Positions 23,765 to 36,784 of a stretch of 64,000 nucleotides of DNA are shown piece after piece. The stretch spans positions 124,001 to 188,000 of the forward strand of contig JAAOMT010000494.1 in NCBI GenBank assembly GCA_016748015.1. Reading direction: 5' to 3'. Under the pieces are notes generated by a model. It made no database searches, was not told where the DNA came from, and worked only from the letters and a program-made list of their open reading frames with translations. Origin of the DNA: Geosiphon pyriformis uo1. Lineage: Eukaryota > Fungi > Glomeromycota. Position 1 is the stretch's first letter, and each line of letters starts with the position of its first letter. The position numbers and the translations under genes were made by a program.

Positions 23765-24624
23765 AAACCTCCCCCTCCCACAAGTTGATGAATGATTTTC
23801 AAAAATATTTGGTCATATTTTCTCATATTTTTTATTCGCCTTATTTCTCTCAATCTATTCATTCAAAATATTCACACGAGAAAGACACATATATGATCAT
23901 TTTCATCCATTATTTTCAAAAAAACCGGAATTTGTGGAAAATTTGAATTTTTCATTAGAATATGATGGGACTCTTGTTGAATCTTTACAAAATGGAGCTT
24001 CAGAAAAATGGTGGGATGTTAATTATGATGATCGCATGGATCATGTAAGTGAAAAAAGATGTTCAATTAACATGATTCGAGAATGAAGATTTTAAAAACT
24101 GTCTATTGCATCATTTTCTTTTTATATTTATATATATTCCTTCAAATTATATTTTTGTAGTTATCTATAGAAAAATCTCGAATTGAGGCTATAAAACAAA
24201 TTAAAAAATTACAACAATCGATTCTAGAAAGTTGCTACAATACTTCCCTCTTGTTACCGATTCATTTGAAAGCTACCGTTGATTCCAATTCTTTAATCAA
24301 TCCTATACAATTTTCTTCCACTTATGGAAGGGAATTATGGTTTTGTTGTCTTCATGCGGTATGTATACATTTTGACTTGAATTTTAAAGAGAAACCAGAT
24401 TTTTTTTTATTATAATGTGCATGTCTTGATGATAATTAAATTCCATAATCACCATTATATTTCCCCTGAAAATTTTCACACTTCAAAAGGTTCATCATTA
24501 CGCTCTAATTAGAGTAATATGTGGTGAACAGAATATAGTTTGTCCTGATGATTTTGGTGTAGCTCCTTCGACTCTTAAGAAACGTCATGATCACGAAAAT
24601 GATACATTGAACAATGAGGAATGA
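23385..24624 (+). CDS. DinB/YfiT-like four-helix metalloprotein; exons 23385-23659, 23885-24044, 24161-24358, 24490-24624
   Basis: Spliced product has STIGKHVRHIYDHF, VNYDDR, STYGRELWFCCLHAVHHYALIRVI and FGVAPST, typical of fungal and bacterial DinB-like proteins. Confidence 0.88.
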
Positions 24625-25065
24625 AGGAAGGATTTTACAAAGATATTTTTCGAAATTTCAACGATTAACTCTAATATCGAAAACAGTCTTGGATTTATTA
24701 GATAAATCGTAGGAATTTTAACACAATCAATTCGCTTCTTTCAAAGAATGTCGAATACTTTCAACAAGTTGGCTGATAAACCTGAGAAGTTGGATATCTT
24801 GATTAATAAACCTGAAGATAATTACAGATATTTCAAATAGATTGTATTGATCTTGAGAAATTTATTAGCAAACAAGAATAAAAGTTTTTCCGAATAAATT
24901 GAATTGAATTGAATTGAAACTTTTCAGATGAAAATATTTTGGATTGGCCCTTTTTTTTATGTGAATCCAACACACATTTGAGTATGTGATAATTCAAAAA
25001 GGCCGTTTCCATTTTGCGAACAAAAGCTGTTTGAAGTAGGGTAAGATAAGGATGATATGACGTTA

Positions 25066-25097
<32 letters not shown>

Positions 25098-25290
25098 AAT
25101 GTTGATAATAGGATTCTGATCCAATTGATAAATGTAATATGCAGGAATCTGATAGTATTATGGAAAGTGATCTCAATTTTTCAAATCAAATATTTTCATG
25201 AATTGATTTTTAGATTTTTTATAAAAACCAAGCTCAAACGAGTAGTATACTAAATTAGCAAAATTTCAAACAGTAACATCATCAAAAAAT

Positions 25291-25596
25291 ATGAACAGAT
25301 CAACTCAACATCATCCCGCAACAGTAACAATTCGTCAGAACAGTTTTTCATACATTTACGCCCTATCCTATGCCAAAATGAAAATCTGTCATGAAGATGA
25401 TAATTTACATAATCAAATTTTAATCTCTGCTTGTATTTCTCGAAATCTAAAAAATAGAAGAGTTTTAGAAGCATCGAGAAAAGAACGAAGAGATCAATTA
25501 CGTGAACAAGTAATGACTAGGGCTGGAGTTAAGATGATGAATTGGAAATCTTTAGATCAAAGATTTGGAAAGTTGAAAATTCGTGAATTTAGATAA
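25291..25596 (+). CDS. Possible small basic protein, or last exon of an unresolved gene
   Basis: 101-codon ORF with protein-like composition and a possible acceptor near 25258; no upstream exon could be joined convincingly. Confidence 0.35.
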   Translation: MNRSTQHHPATVTIRQNSFSYIYALSYAKMKICHEDDNLHNQILISACISRNLKNRRVLEASRKERRDQLREQVMTRAGVKMMNWKSLDQRFGKLKIREFR

Positions 25597-27202
25597 TAAA
25601 GGATAATTTTATTGTAGAAAAAAATGATAATTTTAACTCATTTAAATATTTTTTGATTTGGATTTGAATGATTTTAAGAAACTGTTTTACATTTTATTAT
25701 AACTTGTTCTAATTAGAATTTTTTTGACTTAAAATTATTAGAGATAGGGTTAAAGAAAAATATAAGTTTCTTGAATTTAGATAGAGCATTCACAATTTTT
25801 CTTTCTGCAAAGAAATTTTTTTTAAAAATAAAAACAAAAACAAAAACAAATGTATAAGAAATTAATATGATAATATTTGAAAGTGATTTTTTTGTAATTA
25901 TAATGTTTTATTTAATAAATAATAAATAATAATAAATAATAAATAATAAATTGATTTAATTTTATATTTAAAAATTTACGATTATTCATAAAAAATATAG
26001 AATAATAATAAGATTTAGTATCGTTGAATAATATAAAAATTTAATATAAATAAAATAAAAAAAAAGATTTAAAAAGATTTATTAATAAGTAACTTTTTTT
26101 TTTCAGTGGTTTTAAATAAATTTAAATTGTTTTTAATATATATTTAAATTTAAGCAAATTTTTTTTTTCAAGATATTTTTTAATATATTGTAATTTTCTG
26201 AATCTTATGTAATCATTATAAAAATTACTAAATTATTTCTGAATAAAAAAAAAAGTAAGATTAAAATTACCAAAAAAAAAAAGGGAAATTGATAAAGAAT
26301 ATTATTGGGTAAACATTTCAATGTTGAGATATTTTGCAAGTTTATCATGAATGAAATAATCATTTTTTTTTTTTTTTACTTAATAAACAAAAGCATTTTT
26401 AACATCTTTGTCCAACATGAAAAATTATTCTCATTATTTGGTTTATATAATATTTATAGCTAGAAATATTCTTTTTTCCAAAAACATTAAATTTTTTCTT
26501 TCTAAAATAATATTAACAAATATTTAAAAAATGTGGTTTTAAAAGTGAATATATTGAAGTTTTGCTAACTTTTTAAATTGAGTATGTGTGCTAATATTAA
26601 TAGGTAAAGATTTGAAAGAAGACAGGATTGTTTTAGTCGCTCGAGATTTTAGTAAACTGTGCAAAATCACATAATGTTCTGAGAAACTTTAATACATCTC
26701 AAAATAACTATTTACCAAATAATCAATTTTTTTTTTGATAAATATTTGTTCAATTAAATCGAATGTTCAAAATCTTTACTTTTTGATCTTGATAATCATT
26801 AGATACTTGAATTGGTGGCCACACTTTCAAATTTTAGTGGGACTTTTAAGTTAGCAAAATAATCATTTTTAATATTTGTAATGATATGAATCACCAAAAA
26901 TTATCAGGTTCTTTCGATTAATATCATTAATAGTCTTGTTAATAATTCGAAAATTGGATCTAGAAATGGTTTTCAATCATCATATTATAAATTTCGATTC
27001 TCATTATTTTTAACTTTTTTTAAAATTCATAAAAATTATGATGACGTCCATCCGTACAATAATCACCAAAAATAAAACAATGTATTAATTAAATATAATG
27101 GATAGATTGAAAAAAAAATTTTTTTAATAAAGATTTTGGAAAAAATTAAATTGTATAAAAAAGATTTTTGATAATTATTTTTTATTTTATCAATTTACTT
27201 GT

Positions 27203-27250
27203 ATAAATAGTATTAGTTATAATAATAACAATAATAATAATAATAATAAC

Positions 27251-27287
<37 letters not shown>

Positions 27288-27324
27288 CCAAGATATAATC
27301 AAATTTAAAATAAAATAGTATTAG

Positions 27325-27357
<33 letters not shown>

Positions 27358-27450
27358 TACCAAGATAAAATCAAATTTAAAATAAAATAGTATTAGTAAT
27401 AATAATAATAATAATAATAATATTGCCAAGATATAATCAATTTAAAATAA
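27203..27450. repeat. Tandem repeat of about 66-72 bp (roughly 3.5 units) built around (AAT)n/(ATT)n
   Basis: Recurring CAAGATA(T/A)AATCAA(A)TTTAAAATAAA at about 27289, 27361 and 27427. Confidence 0.85.
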
Positions 27451-28916
27451 ATTAATAATATTTTGAATAAAAAAATAAAAAAAATAATAAATCAAAATTT
27501 TTGTTTAATGATTGATTTTCTTTTTATTTAATTCATATTATTATATTTATTTTTAATTAGAAAAAAATTGTTGAATTATAATTTTTAAATATAATAATAT
27601 AATTCGAATATTTTTTGATTAAATTTTTAAAACAAAAAGATTAAAATATTTTAGTTTTTTTGACCAATTTTATAAATAAAATATTTATTGTAATAATAAT
27701 AATAATAATAATAATTTTCGGGATATTTTTGATTTGTAAAATATTTTTTTAATTTATAATTGGGTTTTTTCAATTGAATTATAATATATGTATATCTCCA
27801 TTATGAATTAATTAAAAAAAATCTTTGGAATTTAAGTAGAGTAAGATTAAATTCATAAAAACAATGACTCAACGACTAATTTTTGTAATTAAAATTAAAA
27901 TTAAAATTGATTTATTGTTATACATTTTAAAATTTAAAATTTTGTTATCCATTAATAAATAAAAAATTTATATGATTAATAGACAAATATATAAATAAAT
28001 AAATATTTTAAAAACACAATGTTACAAGAATAAATAAATAAATAAATAAATAAATAAATATTTTAAAAAAACATAATATTACAAAATAAATAAAGTATAA
28101 GAAAAATCATGAGATATTTTTACATCTCTTTGGGGGAGAATCACAATACTTTCGGGGATTAAAAGTTCTTAAAATTCAAATCATCTTTTTTGCGCCACGG
28201 ATAAAATTCCATTTCGGTTTCATTTATCTATCTTTTGTCACTTTCGGGAAAGATTTTCCCTGTCGGCATTATCAATTGACAGGTACGACAGCAAAGATTC
28301 ATATGGAAAGTAAACAAAAAAGTGGGCTAAACACAAAAAAAAAACAAATATTCGTGTTTCGTCTCACAATTGATTTTCGACATTGTTCCAAAAATGGTGA
28401 CAATCTAGGGAAATTTTTATTCACCATTATTCAGCAAGTTACAAGTCAGTCAGTCAGTCAGTCAGTCAGCCAGCCTAAAAGTATCTTTGAAAAAACCGGG
28501 AAAATGTTATGCCCATTGAAGTCGTATTTTTGGAAGTGAATTTTTTTTAATCTTCATCATAACTGATAAAGATTTTTCTAAATTAAAAATTAACATTGGA
28601 TTTCAAATGAACTTTCGGGAATTAATTGATGAAATCATGGGCTGAGCTAAAAATATTTTGGTTAGAATCTAACTAACTCCACGATAATTATCAACTCGTC
28701 ACTTGGTGAATTCCATTATTGAATGAACTTCAGAATCAGGTTAGGGACAAATTTGTTAAAAATCGGATAAACAATCCCCAAATGGCGTTTTTTTTTTTTC
28801 AATAGATGATTTTCATACTAGTTTCCTAACTTTTGCATGAAGATCATACGCGTTTCTTGATGATTTGAAATCGTAAAAATTGACAGGCGGTAAGACAAAG
28901 ATAAATTAATGCATCA

Positions 28917-28963
<47 letters not shown>

Positions 28964-29369
28964 GACTGGATTAAAAATGAAATTACTAAAAAAACTAGGT
29001 CACACAATTAAAAGACATATTTTATTATGAATCGGTAAATGAGTTGTTAAACTGAATTGCCGATGCAAAATAAAGGGGACAAATATGCATTGATCTTACG
29101 TATGCATCATTTGAAAGATTCTTGATCATGAATTTCGATGTAAATCTCTGATATCAAAAATACTTTTTTTTTGATTTTTTTAGAAAAAAAAAAAATCTTC
29201 GATTTTACAAATTTCACCTAAATTTTCTATTTTTTGCCATTTCATTTTTCGGGATCTAATTCTCCCAATTTTAAGAAAAATCTAAATGATTCGATCATTG
29301 TGACCTCAATTCATTTATAAGCAAATGATATGATTAAAAGACAATTGATATTTTAGGCCCATTAACAAT

Positions 29370-29415
<46 letters not shown>

Positions 29416-29693
29416 GTATTGATGATGACATGATAAATGATGAAGTGATAAATTTATCAAAGACCAATTACAGCTTATTAAGATATCATCATCTCTGCGT
29501 ACCTTTGCATCTACATCTCATATATACAACTTTTGAATAAAATTAAAAAAATCTTTAATCAAACGAATTTAGTTAGAAACTCTTTCACTTCAAAGAATGT
29601 TTTTACTTTTTGACAACATCGTTTTGCATAAGCATAAAATTTGAGATACTGTCCGTGATCGAAACTTTTCTTTTTTTAAGACAAAAAGATCCG

Positions 29694-29758
29694 TGAGTGA
29701 ATGAATGAATGAGTTAGTGAGTTAGTTAGTGAGTTAGTGAGTTAGTGAGTGAGTGAAT
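29694..29758. repeat. Compound microsatellite (TGAA)n/(GAGTTAGT)n/(GTGA)n upstream of the GCS gene
   Basis: Directly visible. Confidence 0.8.
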
Positions 29759-30386
29759 GTTAAAAGAAAAAAAAATTTTTTTTTTTTTTAAATAGAATCT
29801 AATTGATCATCTTTTAAGAAAAATTTCACCAAAGTGGGTCAACACAATACATGAGAAATGATTGGATACACTTAATAACTTTACAATACCTATAAGCACT
29901 GCGTTCCCTTTTTGTTAATTAAAAATCTTTTCTGATACAAAACTGGTCAAATAAACATCATCATCGATATGAGATAATTGATCATTTGAATGAAAAAAGA
30001 AGCAAACATCTCTTTTCTCACAATAAATTAAATGTTTAACATATCCCCCCCCCCTTTTTCGGTGACGTTTCAAGGACTTACTTGTTATTCAAAATCAATA
30101 ATAACATCCTATCCTAACTATTTTGGTATATTGTGTTCCCGTCGCATTTGTATTTATTTCTTCGGTTTTTTTTTTCAAACTATACCTTCTGTTCAGTTTT
30201 ATTTATTCTTAAATTGTTTTTGTGCTTTTTCGCACACTATTAACGCGTTCTAATAGTTTCTTCCCCCACCACAACCACCTTTTTATTCTTTCAATCATCC
30301 CCCAAGACTTTATTCAACTATTAAGAACTCCCGATTACTGAAAAAAACATCTCACTTTATCTATAACCAAAAGATCTTATGCTCAA

Positions 30387-32528
30387 ATGAATAATGTTCT
30401 TATTCAGCACTATTTTACAGAACCTATAGAGGTTTTTATACGATACATCTTGTTACCGGTTACTCTTCAACATGAAAGAATATTTCATCACCATGTTTCT
30501 GTCTGGGAATCACTTTGCAAAACCGAAGTATTCTTCTTGATATTATCTTTAACTTGTTGGATCACAATGATGGGTTTCGGTGTACTAGGACTTGTCGTAG
30601 CGTAAATATCTACATTATATCCCCTACTTGTTCATGAATATATTCAATAAATCAAAACTTCTAAATCTCTTATCTTTTACTTAATAGTCGATCACGATAC
30701 AGTTCTCGGCAATTTGTCTCTTCAAAATATACTACAGCAAACGCATCCGGTGTATCTATTATAAGGCCCTTAAAAGGTGTCGATTGTAACTTATACGAGA
30801 ACTTGGCTTCCTCTTTTCGACAGGATTATCCCGTGTTTGAAATCATATTTTCCGTGGCAAAAGAAAATGATCCCGCGGTAAAGGTTGCCAGAGAACTAAT
30901 GAAGCGATACCCTAAAGTAGATAGTCGATTAATTATTGGTATGTCAAGTTTATCATCTTATCTTTCAAAACATATTTTCCCTGATAATTGAATAAGTCTT
31001 GCTTATCAAACCTGTTTGCTGACCATTTACCTCTCAGCTGAACGTGACGTGGGTGTAAATCCAAAGATTAACAATATGATTTCCTCCTATGAGCAAACTA
31101 AATACGACATGATTTGGATTTTGGACTCAAATATATATACTGATCCCGGGTGTCTTGGAAGATCTGTCGAACAATTGACACTTCCTGGTGTTGGACTTGT
31201 TCATCATTTACCATTTGCCGTTCGTCCAGATACTTTTGGTTCAGAATTGGAAATGATGTTTTTGAATACAGTTCATGCCAAGATGTATCTTGCTATCAAT
31301 GCTATCGGACCTGACAGTTGTGTAGTTGGTAAATCTAACCTTTACCGAAAAAGCGATATTGAATCTGTTGGGGGACTCGCGCAATTTGGCCAATTTATGG
31401 CCGAGGACAATCTAATTGCACGTGCTCTCTGGAATAAAGGTTACAAACATAAAATGACTCATGATCTCGCCTATCAACCACTTGGATCAATGGCAACTGC
31501 TGATTATTTTTTGCGTCGCTCAAGATGGACTCGAATTAGAAAGTATACGGTTGTTGTTGCCACGGTCATTGAGCCTTTTACTGAATCAATATTGTGCGGG
31601 TTGGTGGCATCCTATGGTTTCAATAAACTTTGGGAAATCCATCCTCTTAACTTTTTGGCCTTTCATATCATAGCCTGGTTTATGTTGGATCTATCCTTAT
31701 TCCAAGCTATCAGCGGAAAAAAGATTGAAATAGATAATTTGAGAGGATTCATTATGGCTTGGGCTTTGCGCGAGATTACTGCACTTCCTCTTTACATATA
31801 TTCTATTATTGGTAATACTGTCGATTGGAGAGATGGAACATACAGATTAATGAAGAATTCAACTGTCATCAAAATCCCCTTCGAATTACCAAAACCTCGA
31901 GGTCATTCTCACAAGAGAAGCCTATCTTTTTCATCTCTCAGAATCTCAACACGGGGAGTTGTTAACTCGCGAAATATTTCCCTTAACTCATGGGTGGTTT
32001 CTGCCATTACTTCAGTAATTCTTGTGATCGATATTATCACCGATGTTCTATTTAAAAGTGTTCGAAATGGAAAACCGGCAGAACAAGAGGCTGATACAAC
32101 TTTGTTATTGAAAGAGGCTCATAGAGAATGTCAAAAAAAGCGTATGAACCAAAGGCGACGAAGAAGGATAATGAGAGATACACTTCAAGGAAGCGATTTA
32201 AACGACAAGTTTGATAGTGAAATTAGTGGTGATAGCAGTGAGGATGAAAGGGATATGACAAACCTTGGTGATCCTGTTATTCGTGCCGCTGGCCGATATT
32301 TGCAAAGTTCGCTCAGCAAATCGAGTAGTCAGAATTTTGGTGTGCCTTATCATAATTCTGATGAATCAGAAGATGATTATATAAACATTTCAGGACCTGA
32401 GACTTCTTTGAGTCCTTTAGAAGCATCGCCGCTGAACCGTCGTGGTTCCTCCTCCTCTGCTTCTTCCTCTACATCTACTACATATACATCCACATCCACA
32501 TCCACATCCACATCTTCATCTTCATCCA

Positions 32529-32559
<31 letters not shown>

Positions 32560-32860
32560 TACACCTTTTTCATCATCATCTTCTCACTGTTCATCATCAA
32601 ATTCATCCGGCTCATTGAACAATTCTAAATCAGATACAATGCATACAAGGCGTCCTTCGACCCTTATAAATGAGATATTATGGGGTGTTACCATTGGCCT
32701 TTCAATGCATCTTCAAAACGAAAAAAACGCTATTCTTGAAGGACGACGTAGAAAAGGGCGGAGCAACTCTATTTGTGGAAGTCGTTTTTCAAACACCTCA
32801 AATACCAATAACAATGAAGAGCTGCAGCGCGTTAGAAGCATATCATTAGACGTTTATTAG
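30387..32860 (+). CDS. GCS1: Ceramide glucosyltransferase (glucosylceramide synthase, GT21) with long C-terminal extension; exons 30387-30601, 30688-30938, 31038-32860
   Basis: N-terminal TM helix, GVSIIRPLKGVD, QDYP.FE, GVNPKINNM, WILDSN, GKSNLYRK, MAEDN, RRSRW.RIRK, EPFTES and RE..ALP. Confidence 0.95.
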
Positions 32861-34146
32861 AAAAGGTTTTGGCGCAAAGAATTATTGGTTGGTTCGTGCA
32901 ACATCTCTTGATTCTTTAAAAAAAATTAATACTACCATCCCATTTTAATAATACATTCTCTTCCTTATTCTTTTGAATCATGTAAATAAAAATGTTTATA
33001 TTTATCTTAACAAAAATTTGAACGTTGGGAAATCAGTTATGTTCTATTTTAGCATCGTGAAATGATGAAATAAATCATAAATGTAATTTGCTAAAATTTA
33101 ATTTCAAAAATTTTATTATTTTAATTGATCAATTTCAATTCTTAATTTTCAACGTCTTTTTTTTCACCACAAATTTTAATATAAAAATTTAATGATTAAA
33201 ATAATGATTTAATTTGTGCGATGACATTTTACAGTTTTGCTTCTTTTTTTGACAAGACCCATTATTTGTGACGAATTGAAAAAATATAATGTTTTTCAAT
33301 TATACAAATTTTAAAAACATAACGCGTTAAATTTAAAATTCCAATACTTTAATTTTTTTTTAATTTTCACTATTCATTCAATTTTTATTGAACAAAAAGA
33401 GAAAATATTTTAAACAATAATGTTCTTCTTTGATATAATTATAATTTGGCTAAAAACAAAATTTTCAAAATATTAATTCAAATTAAAAGTCTTAACAATT
33501 TAAAGTTGACCTTTCTTATAAGTTTGATTTCAATTTGGCCAGGGCAAGTAAAATGATTTTGATTGGTTGGATGTTAATTCATAATTAATTATGTATATAA
33601 TAAAATCAAAAACGCGTCTCTTTTTTAATTTTTTTTTAATAAAAAATGCCATGAAAAAACAAATACGTACTTTTAGCTATAAAAAAAAATGCTTTTTTGA
33701 ATGCTTAGCAATTCTTATGAATGAACTTACCTAGCACAATTTATAATTGAGCTGAATAGTACAGAAGACAATGAAAAAATACTAGAAATTATAGTAATAT
33801 TAGTATTTAATAAATTTTTAAAAGGAAAAAGTATTAATGGATAAACTATATGTAGAAACTGTTAATAATAAATTTAAACAAATAATGAGTCAAAAATGTT
33901 CATTTTGTTATATGGACAATTTTCAAAGAACAAAAATTATCTGTTATTAAAACAATTTTTATTACCAACTTTTTTTAAAAGATCATGTTATTAATTCTTT
34001 TATTTATGATATTTTCTGTAAAAATTTTGTTGATTAAATAGATCCCAATATATTGTTTTAAAGTTCTTTATTTTTGAAATTTTTAATTATAAGCAATTTT
34101 TTTTGGAAAGTTTTTAAACTGGTCAAAATACTTATTTGTTTAAAGT

Positions 34147-34200
<54 letters not shown>

Positions 34201-35390
34201 GTAGTTCATTTTTCAGACTATTACCAAGATTATTCAATATTAGTATTTAATTTTTTGAAAGAAATAAGTTTTCTTTTTATATAAAATTATATTATAAGAA
34301 ATAATCTTTTAACATTTCTAATTTGCTTTAAATCTATGAATTTTACAAAACTTTTGTGTAGATTACTATTAATTTTAATTAACTAATAGGAATAATTAAT
34401 TTAAAAATAAATAAATAAATAAATAAAATAATTAGATGTTTGAATAATAAATAAATTAGTTTAATTATAAGAAATAAATTAGTTTAATTTATGTATAAGC
34501 AATATCGAAAAAAATTATGTTAATGATTCTAAGTATTTTTGACATAATAACATATAAAAATAAAACTTTGAGACAAATTATTAAGTTAAAATTATTGATA
34601 TCGAAATAATTTAATAAAAAAATATAATCTAAAAAACACTGTTTAATTTTTATTCAAGTCAAAAAATCACATATTTTTTTTGGTAACACATAATAAAATA
34701 TACACTTTTTGAAAATTTTGAAAGTGAAGGGGGTTAACCACAAAGTTTAAATATATTTTAAACCTTTAACGTGACATCATTTTTAATTTTTTTTTACCCG
34801 TTTAATGTAAACCTCATCAAGTACTTCCAAATGGGGGCGAAACTATATCAATTTTTTGTCAGCAATGTTAGGTCGTCACAAATGTGTAAATTGCTCATAA
34901 AAAATTAGTATGACAAAGCTGGTGAATTACTTAAACGTCATTAGTTTTCAATTTGAAATTACTCATCATGCCTATTGTGAATACATGTACAAAGCTAGCC
35001 TAATCATAATTAAATTCGAGCTTTGAAAAATATTCATTAAATCTTTTTTGGCTAGATTTAGAAACAGAATTATTGCATCATATCCAAATCCAAATTAAGA
35101 TTCAACATTTATACAAAATGATGAATTCAAAGAGTCCTCAAATTAAAACATAAATTTTCTAAATTAATTTCCATGGATTTATTCTTTAATAATTCCAAAT
35201 AATCTTTTTTATCATAACTTTCGGTCGTGCTACGAATTTCTTCTATTCACTATATAAAAAATTGGCTAGGTTTTTACCAAAGAAATTAAGTTCAGGGTCG
35301 GAATGTCGGTATTATCAGAGTTCTATACAACTGATTCACTTCTTTAGATTTCAAACACTAGTCTGTGTCAATAATGAACATTTTATTACA

Positions 35391-36784
35391 TCAATTCTCT
35401 TCATGATATTGTGGAGCTCTTAAACAATCACCCATTCTTTGATTAAAATATGGACCCCAATGAGATGTGATCCCCGGTATAATTATTTCATGTTTGACAC
35501 CGACATTGCAATTCTTTAGATGTGAGAATTAAAATTGGGAATTATTCAAGAAAATATAAAAACCCAACAAAAAGATTCAAAAATTTTACCTGATTTTCAA
35601 TAAAATCATAAGAGCCTTCAGGGTCAACAACTTGAGTTGAAGCACATCTATACACATCAAGCTCAACAGTACGATACGGATCCACACAACCACAATCTTC
35701 GGCATAATTAATCCAGTATTCGGTATCGAAATGCCGAAATGCCCCTCTCGTTTCACTCATTGGAAATTGAGATACTCGATCATCTGTATGGGTTATGCGA
35801 AATAATTTTCGTGAAAACATTTTGTTCACATAGCGAGCGAAAATGGCGTTGCCCATTCGTGGTTGACCATAGGTATATATTTCTATGTATATGTGAAAAT
35901 GCACTTTTTTCAGATCCAGGGCCAAAAATATTGCGTACACTTGCAAGGAGAAAGGCGTTAATTAATAGGTATAAAAATACAAGAAAAGACTCAAAATAAA
36001 TAAATTAAAACCTTACCACCGCCAAGCCCATGACCTACTAATCTTAATTTAATCCTTTTCTTTTCCACTATTAGAACTTCAATTTCTTTAAATATTTGTA
36101 ATTTTGCTTCTTCATAATCTGTCAGAAAAGAGGAAACCACCATTGCTCCAGTTCCTGCATTCGGATATTCTGTTACTTCCAAATTAATTTCAACTTTTTG
36201 ACCATGATTGTATTCATCTCCTCTCATGTATACAATAATTTCATTTTCAAGCAGCTCAACATGACCTGGAAATTTATAATTTGATTAGCTAATTTCAAAA
36301 GCTACGATTTTTTGAAAAGTCGTCTAAGTAGCAAAGAAATACCGAAAAGCCCATTAAAAATTCTGGCATTTCCACTGGTGGCACAATAAGCTTTATTTGC
36401 ATAAAATGCGTAATGGTAAAACTTATCCAACAATTTTGTATCTACAACCAATATTTTTGGAACACTTAAAGTTTTATTTGACTCATCTCGTCTTTCAGTT
36501 TTGGCTATGCTTCTAGCAAATTGCAAATTCCTGTTTGAACCGTTCTTGTATGTATCATTATCTTTAGAAGCGATTTTTTTTTGCGCCAAATATGTGTCAT
36601 AGGCGTTCCTTAAGCCAGATAAATTTTTTGATCCATTAGATTTTTGATCTCTTGAAATTTCGAAATTGGTATGAAAACTTTTGTTATCAAACTCGACGAA
36701 AGAAAATAAGATCACTGTAAAACAAATAGTGATTGTAACAAAGAGTGTTTTTGAATTTGATGATACATATTTCTTTGTCGCCAT
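35391..36784 (-). CDS. Class-3 lipase-fold protein with N-terminal TM or signal anchor; nucleophile motif GHGLGG; exons 36784-36343, 36265-36017, 35939-35590, 35513-35391
   Basis: YAFYANKAYC, IIVYMRG, LVGHGLGG, YTYGQPRMGN..FA.YV, RITHTDDRV, H..TEYWI, ENQ.CN and SHWGPYF. All introns are GT-AG and the frame is intact. Confidence 0.9.

Noticed and set aside
27217-27429. Poly-Leu/Ile ORF; also the tandem units as a possible CRISPR array
   Set aside because: Translation of microsatellite. The spacers are non-unique AAT tracts in a eukaryotic context with no cas genes.
29694-29758. GAGTTAGT repeats as interstitial telomere
   Set aside because: No TTAGGG units; ordinary compound microsatellite.
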